Origin: an uncultured Alistipes sp.
Lineage (GTDB): Bacteria; Bacteroidota; Bacteroidia; Bacteroidales; Rikenellaceae
DNA length: 64,000 nt
Assembly (NCBI GenBank): GCA_944321185.1
Contig: CALUKH010000001.1
Coordinates: 54,896 to 118,895 of the forward strand
Reading direction: 5' to 3'
A program made the translations under genes and the position numbers. Under the pieces are notes generated by a model. The model searched no databases. It was given only the letters and a program-made list of their open reading frames with translations, and was not told where the DNA came from. Shown here in pieces: positions 38,245-47,260 of the stretch. The number at the start of each line of letters is the position of its first letter. Within the stretch, counting starts at the first letter, position 1.

Positions 38245-41100
38245 CTATTCAGCCTTCGGAGCCTCTTCGGCCTTGGGGGCCTCCTCGGTCTTCTCGGGGC
38301 GCATGACGACCTTCACGATGTTGCCGTCCGAGAGGATCTTCTTGGCGATGGCCTGTACATCGGCAGCGGTCAGGGCACGCAGGGCCGGCTCGTAATCCTT
38401 GACGAAGTCGAGGCCCGAGCCGTATTTCGACTGGATGAATCCGAGCCATCCGCTGTTGAGCTGCATGCTGTTCTGACGGTTCTTGAGCAGGTATTCGCGG
38501 GTTTTCTCGATATCCTCGCTCTTGGGACCGTTTTCGGCGATCTGGCGGATCTCCTGCATGATGATCTCGCAGAGTTCGTCAGCCATCTGCTCGTTGGTGT
38601 CGAACGAGATGGTCATGTCGTAGGTCTGCTTGGGGATGTAGTCCGTCGAGGCATTGACGCTGACACCGTACGTACCGCCCTTCTCCTCGCGGATCGACTC
38701 CAGATAGCGCGAATTGAGGGCCTGGGTGAGGAACGTCAGGGCGATCTTCTCCTTGAAGCGGTAGGGCATCTTGCCCGAGAAGTAGTAGAGAACCGAAACC
38801 TTGGGCTGCTGCATCTCGACACGGAAATCGTCGGTGAGTTCACCCTCGACGGGCTGTACCTTCTCGTCGATCCAGGTCGTAGGCTTCCTGGTCGTGGGGA
38901 GCGAACCGATGTACTTTTCGACCAGCGGCTTGAGCGTCTCGAGGTCGACATTTCCGACGAACGTGAAGATGAAGCTGTTGGCGCCGGGGTAGAGCGTGGA
39001 GTAGATTTCGGGCAGACGGTCGAAGTCGAAGCTGTCGATGACCTCGGTGGTGATCGGCTGTCGACGCGGGTGGTCGCCGAAGACATCCTTCATGACGCGC
39101 TCCTGCATCTTGTAATCGGGATCCGACTGGGCATTGGCGAGTTTCGAGCGGATCATCGTAATGAGCTTGTCATAGTCGTTGCGGTCGAAACGCGGCTGGG
39201 TGAAGTTGAGATAGAGCAGCTGGAACATGGTTTCGAGATCCTTGGGCGAAGCGGCACCGCTCATCGAGCTGGCGTAGTTGCCTACGGAGGTCTTCACGGC
39301 GGCAGCCTTTCCGGAGAGCTGCTTGCTGAGCTCCATGGCCGAGAAGCGGCCCACGCCCGAGAAGGAGTTGATCGACGGAATCATGTTGCCCAGGTAGTAG
39401 TCTTCGTTTGATAGGAGCGAAAGTCCGCCCTTGGACACGGCGGTCATCACCACTTCGTCGGCCTTGAAGGTCGTGGGTTTGACAACCACCTTGACGCCGT
39501 TGGCCAGGGTCCACTCCGTGGTTCCGAACTCCTTGTCGAACTTGGTCTTCTTGACGGGCGAACCGTTGAGTTGCGTACCTTCGGGGAGGAGCGGTTCCTT
39601 GACGACGTTGTCCTCATAGGGTTCGAGTTCGGCGGCCTTTACCTTGTCGCGGATGGCGAGCAGTTCTTCAGCAGTGGGGTTGTCGACACCCTCCTTTTCG
39701 GGGGCGGTGACCATGATGACCTGATTCTTGTCGGTGATGGTCTGCTTGGCGAAGGCGTTGACCACATCGAGGCTGATCGAGCTGATGAGCATGCTGTCCA
39801 GCTGCCATTCGGTCTTGGCATCGGGCATGGGGGTGTTCTTCTGGAAGTTGTTCAGATAGGTCTGCACGTAGGATCCGTTGTAGCGGTCGTTGCGGTTGGC
39901 GTAACCGCGTTCGGCCTGCCGCATGAGGTTTTCGCGGGCACGGTCGAACTCGCTCTGGGTGAAACCGAAGCGGCGCAGACGTTCCATTTCGGTGTAGATG
40001 CTTTCGAAGCCGCGGTTGAGTTGTCCGTCCTGGGTCATGGCGATGAAGGCCGTGGCGTTGAGCGTGGGGATGATGCCCACGACGTCGCCCGTACCCATAC
40101 CGGCCACCAGGAACGGAGCGTCGGGCTTCATGGCGATCTCGCCCAGGCGCGAATTCTCCATCATGGTGATGTAGCTTTCGATGATGTTGGTCAGTTCACC
40201 GCTGATCGTGTTGGCCAGTTCGCGGGGGAAGGCCGGGCGTTTGATGAAGAGCTGGACCTTGCTGCCCTGCATTTCGGGATCGGTGTAGATGCTGATGATG
40301 GGCTCCTCGTTGTCCGGAACGACGATCGTCTCCTTCTTGTCGGCATCGGCGGCCGGGGCCGGGATGTCGCTCATGAGCTTCTTGACCTTGGCCTCGACGG
40401 CGGCGGCATCCAGATCGCCGACGATCACTACGGCCTGATAGTCGGGGCGATACCACTGGTGGTAGAAGTCGACGAGTTCCTGATGCTTGAAGTTTTTCAG
40501 ACCGTCGAGGTATCCGATCAGGTTTCGGTGTTCGTACTTGGTGTCGCGGCCGATGGCCTGGATGAGCTTCATCGAGGAGCGCCACGAAGCGCCGTCGCGC
40601 GTACGCAGCTCCTCCATGATGACGCCGCGTTCGGAGTCGATCTCATCGGGCTGCAGGGCAATGAAGTGCGACCAGTCGTGGAGGATCAGCAGGGCCGAGT
40701 CGATGATACCCTCACGCGTGGTGGGGACATCCTTGATGTTGTAGATGGTCTGATCCCAGCTGGTAGCGGCGTTGAGGTTGGCGCCGAACTTCACGCCGAC
40801 GGTTTCGAGATACGTCGTAAGTTGTTTTCCGGGGAGGTTTTTGGTACCATTGAAGGCCATGTGTTCGAGGAAGTGGGCGAGGCCCTGCTGGGCGTCGTTT
40901 TCCTGAATGGCGCCGACGTTGTGGATGATGTAGAAATCGGCCTGACCCTTTGGTTTTTCGTTGTGGCGGATGTAGTAGGTCATGCCGTTTTCGAGTTTAC
41001 CCGTGCGGAGTTCGGGATCGGCAGGAATCGGCTGATTCATCTGCGCGGTGGCGCTGCATACGGCGAATGCCGCCAGGGCCATCAAAAGCAATCTCTTCAT
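38245..41100 (-). CDS. M16 family zinc metallopeptidase (PqqL-like)
   Basis: Signal peptide; GKLENGMTYYI, GLAHFLEHMAFNG (HxxEH), LREEKGGTYG-like C-terminal motif. Confidence 0.95.
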   Translation of the reverse strand: MKRLLLMALAAFAVCSATAQMNQPIPADPELRTGKLENGMTYYIRHNEKPKGQADFYIIHNVGAIQENDAQQGLAHFLEHMAFNGTKNLPGKQLTTYLETVGVKFGANLNAATSWDQTIYNIKDVPTTREGIIDSALLILHDWSHFIALQPDEIDSERGVIMEELRTRDGASWRSSMKLIQAIGRDTKYEHRNLIGYLDGLKNFKHQELVDFYHQWYRPDYQAVVIVGDLDAAAVEAKVKKLMSDIPAPAADADKKETIVVPDNEEPIISIYTDPEMQGSKVQLFIKRPAFPRELANTISGELTNIIESYITMMENSRLGEIAMKPDAPFLVAGMGTGDVVGIIPTLNATAFIAMTQDGQLNRGFESIYTEMERLRRFGFTQSEFDRARENLMRQAERGYANRNDRYNGSYVQTYLNNFQKNTPMPDAKTEWQLDSMLISSISLDVVNAFAKQTITDKNQVIMVTAPEKEGVDNPTAEELLAIRDKVKAAELEPYEDNVVKEPLLPEGTQLNGSPVKKTKFDKEFGTTEWTLANGVKVVVKPTTFKADEVVMTAVSKGGLSLLSNEDYYLGNMIPSINSFSGVGRFSAMELSKQLSGKAAAVKTSVGNYASSMSGAASPKDLETMFQLLYLNFTQPRFDRNDYDKLITMIRSKLANAQSDPDYKMQERVMKDVFGDHPRRQPITTEVIDSFDFDRLPEIYSTLYPGANSFIFTFVGNVDLETLKPLVEKYIGSLPTTRKPTTWIDEKVQPVEGELTDDFRVEMQQPKVSVLYYFSGKMPYRFKEKIALTFLTQALNSRYLESIREEKGGTYGVSVNASTDYIPKQTYDMTISFDTNEQMADELCEIIMQEIRQIAENGPKSEDIEKTREYLLKNRQNSMQLNSGWLGFIQSKYGSGLDFVKDYEPALRALTAADVQAIAKKILSDGNIVKVVMRPEKTEEAPKAEEAPKAE

Positions 41101-41136
41101 GTGAAACGGATGGTTAAAAGTTTGTATTTGCTTGGA

Positions 41137-41358
41137 TTATTGTTTGTTGCCTGATTCGGGACGGTATTCGATGATGTCGCCGGGCTGGCAGTCGAGTTCG
41201 CGGCAAATGGCCTCGAGGGTCGAGAATCGGATGGCGCGGGCCTTGCCGTTCTTGAGGATCGAGAGGTTTGCGGGGGTGATGTCGACGCGTTCGGCGAGAT
41301 CTCCGAGCGAGATCTTGCGTTTGGCCATCATGACGTCGATATTGATGATAATGGGCAT
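41137..41358 (-). CDS. XRE/Cro-C1 HTH regulator (YozG-like)
   Basis: ITPANLSILKNGKARAIRFSTLEAICRELDCQPGDI. Confidence 0.93.
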   Translation of the reverse strand: MPIIINIDVMMAKRKISLGDLAERVDITPANLSILKNGKARAIRFSTLEAICRELDCQPGDIIEYRPESGNKQ

Positions 41359-41373
41359 GTCGGGTCGGGGTTG

Positions 41374-42084
41374 TCAGATGGTCAGTTTCTGCTCTTCGCT
41401 GAGGTTCTGGCCGACGGCGAAGACCTCGGCGGCGAAGAGGATGAGGATTCCCATGATGATGAGGGTATAGGAGACGTGGAAGCTCGTGTCGACCGAGTAG
41501 CCTGTTCCGGCGAGGAGTTCGGCGGCGCGGGTGTTCATGATCCAGCCGAGCAGATCTTCGAGCAGTTCGGTGGCGATGGTCAGGAATCCGATCATGCGCA
41601 GATAGCGGACGTTTCGGCGGTCGAGGGGACGTTCTTCGCGGATTGAGCGGCGCAGCGAGTGGATGATGACGAACATCAGCACGATGATGGCGAGCATGAG
41701 CAGCGGGGTCAGCATCACCAGCAGATAGATCCAGACGCTGCCGCCGATCGATCTGAGGGCCAGTGCCAGGGGCGAGCGACCGGGCGCCTCCTCCTCGACG
41801 AGCAGTTCGAGGTTGCGCACGCGGGCCTTGATCGAGGCGGTCGGGGTTTCGATCGGCAGGCTGCCGTCGGGCTGGGCCACGATGCGGATGTCGTTGAGCA
41901 GATAGATCATGTGGGGAACACCGGAGTTCCATTTTTCGGCAATGTCGTTGCCCATTTCGACTCCTTCGGCCGCTCCGCGCGTGAAGCTGGGGATGATGCC
42001 GTGGGCGAAGCTGGCCACCAGCACGATGAAGAACGTGACGTAGATAGCCAGCAGTCGTTTGAGGAGTGATTTTTTGTTCTGCAT
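41374..42084 (-). CDS. DUF2975 family membrane protein
   Basis: ATG 42084; four TM segments; ends AEVFAVGQNLSEEQKLTI; typical partner of YozG-like HTH. Confidence 0.85.
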   Translation of the reverse strand: MQNKKSLLKRLLAIYVTFFIVLVASFAHGIIPSFTRGAAEGVEMGNDIAEKWNSGVPHMIYLLNDIRIVAQPDGSLPIETPTASIKARVRNLELLVEEEAPGRSPLALALRSIGGSVWIYLLVMLTPLLMLAIIVLMFVIIHSLRRSIREERPLDRRNVRYLRMIGFLTIATELLEDLLGWIMNTRAAELLAGTGYSVDTSFHVSYTLIIMGILILFAAEVFAVGQNLSEEQKLTI

Positions 42085-42111
42085 GTTTAGCTTGGATGCT
42101 TGTTGCAGAGG

Positions 42112-42159
42112 CAAAGATAATGAAAATTCCGAAAAACAAATAATATTTATCGTTTTTCG
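42112..42159 (-). promoter_or_regulatory. -7 element plus inverted repeat upstream of DUF2975-HTH operon
   Basis: TATCTTTG (minus, 42112-19); cgaaaaac-14 nt-gtttttcg at 42130-42159. Confidence 0.6.
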
Positions 42160-42273
42160 ATAAAATTTTTTGGAATAGCGGCAAATGCCCGGAGGAAGAA
42201 TGAGGAACGGGTCGTTGGGGAGGGTGTCGAATCGCGGAAAAATCGCTATCTTTGTTCGAGATAAAGTACGGAT

Positions 42274-43008
42274 ATGGGAGAAAAATCGCTTTACAAATTC
42301 CGGGTTGAGCCGCAGGAAGTGGACTTCACGCTGCGGGCGACGCTGGCCTCGCTGGGGTCGGCGATCCTCAATACGGCCGGACAGGATGCCTATGGCAAGG
42401 GTTTCGGGGTGGACGTGCTCAATGCGGAGAACCATTCGTGGGTGTTGTCGCGCATGGCGATCGAGATTGACCGGCGTCCCGAACAGTATACGGATTACGC
42501 GATTGCGACGTGGATCAGCGACTACGGGCGGGTTCTGTCGACGCGAAACTTCACGCTGACCGATGCTGCGGGGCATGAGTTCGGGCGGGCCGTCACGCAG
42601 TGGGCGATGATCGACCTGACGTCGCGCACGGCGGTGGATCTGTCGTGGGTCGGGCGCGAACACGACGATGCGGTGGTGCCGGTTCCGCCTCCGACGGAGA
42701 AGCCGCGCAAGATCCGCACGGTGACCCCTTCGCGGAGTGTCGAACATCGGGTGGTCTACAGCGATATCGATTTCAACCGCCATGTCAATACGATGCGCTA
42801 CATCGAGATGATGCTCGACATGCTGCCGCTGGATCTGCTGACGCAGGAGGCTCCGGTGCGCCTGGACATCCACTTTCTGAAGGAGTGCCGTTTCGGTCAG
42901 ACGCTGACCGTCGGATGCGAGGAGCGCGGGCAGTCGGCCCTGTTCGAGATTTCGGGCGACGGAACGACGGCAGCCGTGCGGGCGCAGGTCGAGTGGCGCC
43001 ACGAGTAG
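42274..43008 (+). CDS. Acyl-ACP thioesterase
   Basis: WVLSRM, YSDIDFNRHVN; TATCTTTG at 42247-54. Confidence 0.92.
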   Translation: MGEKSLYKFRVEPQEVDFTLRATLASLGSAILNTAGQDAYGKGFGVDVLNAENHSWVLSRMAIEIDRRPEQYTDYAIATWISDYGRVLSTRNFTLTDAAGHEFGRAVTQWAMIDLTSRTAVDLSWVGREHDDAVVPVPPPTEKPRKIRTVTPSRSVEHRVVYSDIDFNRHVNTMRYIEMMLDMLPLDLLTQEAPVRLDIHFLKECRFGQTLTVGCEERGQSALFEISGDGTTAAVRAQVEWRHE

Positions 43009-43065
43009 AACATGCGAGGTAGATCCGGGAATCGGATCCGGTTCCCGACGGGGTCGAACCTTTTG

Positions 43066-43108
43066 AAAAAATCCCGGAAGAGATTGTGCGGTCTCTTCCG
43101 GGATTTTT
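43066..43108. terminator. Bidirectional intrinsic terminator
   Basis: aaaaatcccggaagaga-loop-tctcttccgggattttt between convergent genes. Confidence 0.88.
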
Positions 43109-43139
43109 GTTTGCCGGACCTTGCGGGGGCGTCGAACTG

Positions 43140-43244
43140 CCCGAGCCGGGGGCATTTCGTTTCCATCCGCCCGAAGCCGGGAGGTCTTGCGTTCCCATTC
43201 GTCCGGAGCCGGGAGGCATTTTGTCCCCATCCGAAGGGAGCCGG
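43140..43244. repeat. Degenerate tandem repeat, ~3.3 x 30-32 bp, abutting the gntP stop codon
   Basis: agccggg(a)gg...tt..(t/c)cccat(c/t)cg units. Confidence 0.75.
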
Positions 43245-44495
43245 CTATCGACAGATCAGATATCCGCCCAGACTGGCGAGGGTAAGGATCAGTCCGACCA
43301 CCGTTTCGTAGGGGATCAGCTTCATGCGCTCCTTCATCTTCATGTCGACGGATCCGCCCGTTGCGTGGAAGAACGATCCGTGGGGGAGGTGGTCCAGCAC
43401 GGTGGCTCCGGCGTTGACCATGGCGGCACCCCAGATGGCGGGGATTCCGGCCGCCAGGACGATGTCGGCAAACGAAGCCGAGGCGATGGTGGCACCGGCG
43501 GTCGTCGAGGCGGTGGCGGCGGACATCAACGCGCCGGCGAGGGGTGCGATGGCGGCTTCGCCGATGTTCCACTGCTCGAGCAGCGCGAGGACGACATCCT
43601 TGACGGCCGAGGCCTTGATGATGCCGGCGATGGTTCCCGTACCGATGAGCAGCACGGCGACCGGGGCCATCTTTTCGAGACCGTACCCCAGACCGGGCAT
43701 CAGTTCGCGCCAGCGTCGGGTGGCGACGATACCGACCAGACCGCCGGCCGGCAGGGCGATGAAGGGATCGATGACCACGCCGCACAACGGCCGCAGGATC
43801 AGCAGCAGAATGGCCGTCAGCGGGCCGGCCATGCTGGCGGCGAACGACGGCAGATGCTCCGTATCGATCCGTTCCGAGGGGAGTTCGGGGCGCTCGCCGC
43901 GGTTCGGGACGAAGGGCATCAGGACGTAGACGGCGATGATCAGCCCGACGAGAGCCGGGATGAGGTTGGCGAGCATGACCGACGGGAGCGGAGCTCCGAA
44001 GTTTTCGGCGGCGATGATCGTGTTGGGGTTTGGCGAGAGGATGTTACCGCACTTTCCGCCGGCGATCATGGCCAGCAGCAGGCGGAATTTCGAGATGTCG
44101 AGCTGCCGGCCGAGCATCAGGGCGACGGGGGCCACGGTGATGACGGCCACGTCGATGAAGACGCCCGTTGCGGTGAGGAACATCGTGGCCAGTGCCAGCG
44201 CCAGATAGACGTGCCGGGCCCCGAGGCGGCGGACGATGGTCCGCGAGATGGATGCGGCGGCGCCGGTTCGGATCAGCACGCCCGACAGCACGCCGGCCGA
44301 GAGGATGCGCAGAACGGCGGGGATGATCTCGCCGATACCGGAGATCATCAGGTCGACGGTCTTCACCAGCGGATACCCGGCGGCCAGACCTCCGACCAGC
44401 GCCCCGAGCATGAGCCCGTAGACGGGCGGTGTACGGCGGACGATCAGCACGATGGCGACGATCAGTCCCAGCAGAGCGGCCAGTGCACTGTTCAT
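43245..44495 (-). CDS. GntP-family permease (glycerate-transporter-like)
   Basis: Multiple TM helices; LRILSAGVLSGVLI, GNILSPNPNTI, DHLPHGSFFHATG; overlaps glycerate kinase stop by 4 nt. Confidence 0.88.
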   Translation of the reverse strand: MNSALAALLGLIVAIVLIVRRTPPVYGLMLGALVGGLAAGYPLVKTVDLMISGIGEIIPAVLRILSAGVLSGVLIRTGAAASISRTIVRRLGARHVYLALALATMFLTATGVFIDVAVITVAPVALMLGRQLDISKFRLLLAMIAGGKCGNILSPNPNTIIAAENFGAPLPSVMLANLIPALVGLIIAVYVLMPFVPNRGERPELPSERIDTEHLPSFAASMAGPLTAILLLILRPLCGVVIDPFIALPAGGLVGIVATRRWRELMPGLGYGLEKMAPVAVLLIGTGTIAGIIKASAVKDVVLALLEQWNIGEAAIAPLAGALMSAATASTTAGATIASASFADIVLAAGIPAIWGAAMVNAGATVLDHLPHGSFFHATGGSVDMKMKERMKLIPYETVVGLILTLASLGGYLICR

Positions 44496-45643
44496 GATCG
44501 GGCGACGTTTTTCAGGGTTCGGAGAATCTGTTCGACGGTGTTTTCGAGGTTGGCGCCGGCGTTCTCCTCGCGCATGGCCTCGTCAAGCGAGACGGGTCCC
44601 GGGACGATCGGGAAGAGGGCCGCAAACCCGTTTTCGGCAAGTTCGCGGGGGTTCTCGACCGAGCCTCCGAGGGCGATGACCGGAACACCGCGTTTGCGGG
44701 CCGCGGCCAGGATACCGCAGGGAACCTTCCCGTGGAGGGTCTGACGGTCGATACGGCCTTCGCCCGTGAGGATCAGGTCGGCGCCGTCGATCAGACGGTC
44801 GAATTCCACGGCGTCGAGCAGCATCTCGATACCGGGCCGCAGCCGTGCGTGGAGCAGGCTGAGGAGCGCGCCGCCGAGGCCTCCGGCGGCACCGGCACCG
44901 GGCGTCTGGGCGAAAGCCGAGCCCGTGAACCGTTCGACGACGGCGGCGAAGTTGCGCAGTCCGGCATCGAGGCGTTCGACCGTCTGCGGATCGGCCCCCT
45001 TCTGCGGGGCGAAGACATGAGCGGCGCCCTGTGGACCGTAAAGCGGGTTGTCGACATCGCAGGCGACGATGAATTCCGTGTCACGAAGTGCGGTGAGGGC
45101 TTGTCGGTCATCGATCCCGGCAAGATGTTTGAGCGAGGCTCCCGTGCCGTCGAGTTCATGGCCGTTTCTGTCGAGCAGGCGGAATCCGAGAGCCCGCAGC
45201 ATGCCGCATCCGGCATCGTTGGTGGCGCTGCCGCCGATGCCGATCAGGACCTTCCGGCAGCCGTGCTGCAGGGCGTCGGCGATCATCTCGCCCACGCCGT
45301 AGGTGGTCGTCTGCAGCGGGTTCCGTTCCGCGGTTCCGAGCAGCGTCAGCCCGGCTGCTGCGGCCATCTCCAGTACGGCCGTGCGGCCCTGGTCGATCGT
45401 TCCGTAACGGGCCTCGATCGGGCGCATCAGCGGATCGTGGACACGTACCGTGTGCGACGTGCCGCCCCGTGCGTGGAGAATGGCTTCGGTGGTACCTTCG
45501 CCGCCGTCGGCCACCACCGTGCGCACGACCTCGCACGCCGGGAAGACCCGCCCGACGGCTGCTTCGGCCCTCCGTGCGGCCTGCTCCGAGCTCAGCGACC
45601 CCTTGAATGAATCGAAGGCCAGAATGATTTTTTTCAGTTCCAT
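44492..45643 (-). CDS. Glycerate kinase (GlxK/GarK family)
   Basis: ATG 45643; DSFKGSL, ADGGEGT, GIGGSATNDAG, FAPQKGA, GAAGGLG, TGEGRID.QT..GK. Confidence 0.95.
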   Translation of the reverse strand: MELKKIILAFDSFKGSLSSEQAARRAEAAVGRVFPACEVVRTVVADGGEGTTEAILHARGGTSHTVRVHDPLMRPIEARYGTIDQGRTAVLEMAAAAGLTLLGTAERNPLQTTTYGVGEMIADALQHGCRKVLIGIGGSATNDAGCGMLRALGFRLLDRNGHELDGTGASLKHLAGIDDRQALTALRDTEFIVACDVDNPLYGPQGAAHVFAPQKGADPQTVERLDAGLRNFAAVVERFTGSAFAQTPGAGAAGGLGGALLSLLHARLRPGIEMLLDAVEFDRLIDGADLILTGEGRIDRQTLHGKVPCGILAAARKRGVPVIALGGSVENPRELAENGFAALFPIVPGPVSLDEAMREENAGANLENTVEQILRTLKNVARS

Positions 45644-45654
45644 AGGTATTGCAG

Positions 45655-47247
45655 TTATCTCCAGGTCGAAACCTCCCGGCGCCAGCGTTGGATTTCGCGT
45701 TTCTCCTCGGGCGAGGTCGGGGCGGTCGAACCCGGATAGTGGGGTGAATAGATGATTTTTTCGGTGATGATCTGCATCCGGCCCTCCTTGACGTAGCGTT
45801 CGTCGCGCTCCGAGAGGTGGTCGACCATGCGCTGCCGCCACCGGGCGAGCTCCGCTTCGCAGCCGGGTTCGCCGGCCAGATCGTGCCGTTCGCCGGGATC
45901 CCGCTCCAGATCGAACAGCTGTTCGCGACCCGTCGTGCTGTGGCGGATGTACTTCATGCGGCCGTCGGTGAGGGCCGTCCAGCAGTTGTCGGGTTCGTAG
46001 ATCTGAGCGTGTTCCAGGTCGATCCACCGGCGCCACGGAGCCTCGGGATCGGCGATGAGCGGCAGGACCGAACGTCCGTCCATGTCGTCGGGCGTCGGGC
46101 ATCCCGCGGCGTCGAGCATCGTCGGCAGCACGTCGCGCAGTTCGACGACCTGTTGCCGGCGTTCGTTCACGCCGCCCGCCGTCTCCCGCATCGCGCGCGG
46201 CAGCCGGACGAGGAACGGAATGTGGGCCGACCCTTCGTAGGGATAGGTCTTGCGCCAGTGGTTGTGGTCGCCCAGCATGTCGCCGTGGTCCGAGAGGAAG
46301 ATAATGAGTGCATCGTCGTAGATTCCCTTGTGTTTGAGCGCCTCGATGATCCGCCCGATCTCATGGTCGATGAACGAGATGCTGGCGTAGTAGTATTTCC
46401 GGGCGCGGAGGGCCACCGAATCGCCGAAGTCGCCGTAGCAGGCGTCGGAGGTTTCGGGCTGCTCGCGCCGGGCGAAGCGTTCGCCCCACGCGCTGCGGAT
46501 CGGACGCGGGATCTCCACGCCGTCGTACAGCCGGACGAAACGTTCGGGCGGATCGTAGGGGCTGTGCGGTCGGGCGAACGAGATCTTCAGGAAGAGCGGC
46601 TGGTCGAGCGTGCAGGCCTCGATCAGTTCGATGACCGTCCGGGCGGTCCAGGCCGTAGGGTGGAGGTGTTCGTCGAGCGGATAGGCGGCCGCGTAGTGCG
46701 AATTCCAGCTGATGTGCAGCGAGTCGGGATTCATGCCCGGGGCGTGGAGTTTGAACCAGTTTCGGTAGTCGCTCAGGAATCCGTTCTGTTCGATGCGGCC
46801 GCTCTCGTCGACCAGCGTGCCGTGGAATCCGTGGAGCGCCTTCTGCGGAAACCAGTGCATCTTGCCGATGCCGAAGGTGTAGTAACCGGCCCGGGCGAGC
46901 ATGCGCGGCATTTCGTAGCGGTAGTGTTCGGCCACGCGCCCGTAACCGACCATGCCGTGGTGCCAGGGCGAAAGTCCGGTGAGCAGTCCGGCACGGGCCG
47001 GCGTGCTGCTCGGCACCGACGAGTAGGCCCGCGTGAAGAGGGTGCCTTCGGCGGCCAGACGGTCGAGATTCGGGGTCCGGACGGCGGAATTCACCACCCC
47101 CAGGCAGTCGCCCCGCATCTGATCGGCCATGATCAGGATGATGTGGGGACGTTTCGGCGACGCTTCGCCGGCGACCGGCCGTGCGGCCACCGCCGTTCCG
47201 GTGACGGTGGCCGCGCCGATCATCAGCAGACGTTGGGACGTGGACAT
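45655..47247 (-). CDS. S1 sulfatase-family hydrolase, Ser-type
   Basis: ADQMR, S-T-P-A-R-AGLLTG signature, GKMH, PHSPY, SDHGDMLGDH. Confidence 0.92.
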   Translation of the reverse strand: MSTSQRLLMIGAATVTGTAVAARPVAGEASPKRPHIILIMADQMRGDCLGVVNSAVRTPNLDRLAAEGTLFTRAYSSVPSSTPARAGLLTGLSPWHHGMVGYGRVAEHYRYEMPRMLARAGYYTFGIGKMHWFPQKALHGFHGTLVDESGRIEQNGFLSDYRNWFKLHAPGMNPDSLHISWNSHYAAAYPLDEHLHPTAWTARTVIELIEACTLDQPLFLKISFARPHSPYDPPERFVRLYDGVEIPRPIRSAWGERFARREQPETSDACYGDFGDSVALRARKYYYASISFIDHEIGRIIEALKHKGIYDDALIIFLSDHGDMLGDHNHWRKTYPYEGSAHIPFLVRLPRAMRETAGGVNERRQQVVELRDVLPTMLDAAGCPTPDDMDGRSVLPLIADPEAPWRRWIDLEHAQIYEPDNCWTALTDGRMKYIRHSTTGREQLFDLERDPGERHDLAGEPGCEAELARWRQRMVDHLSERDERYVKEGRMQIITEKIIYSPHYPGSTAPTSPEEKREIQRWRREVSTWR

Positions 47248-47260
47248 GAGCAGTCGTTTG

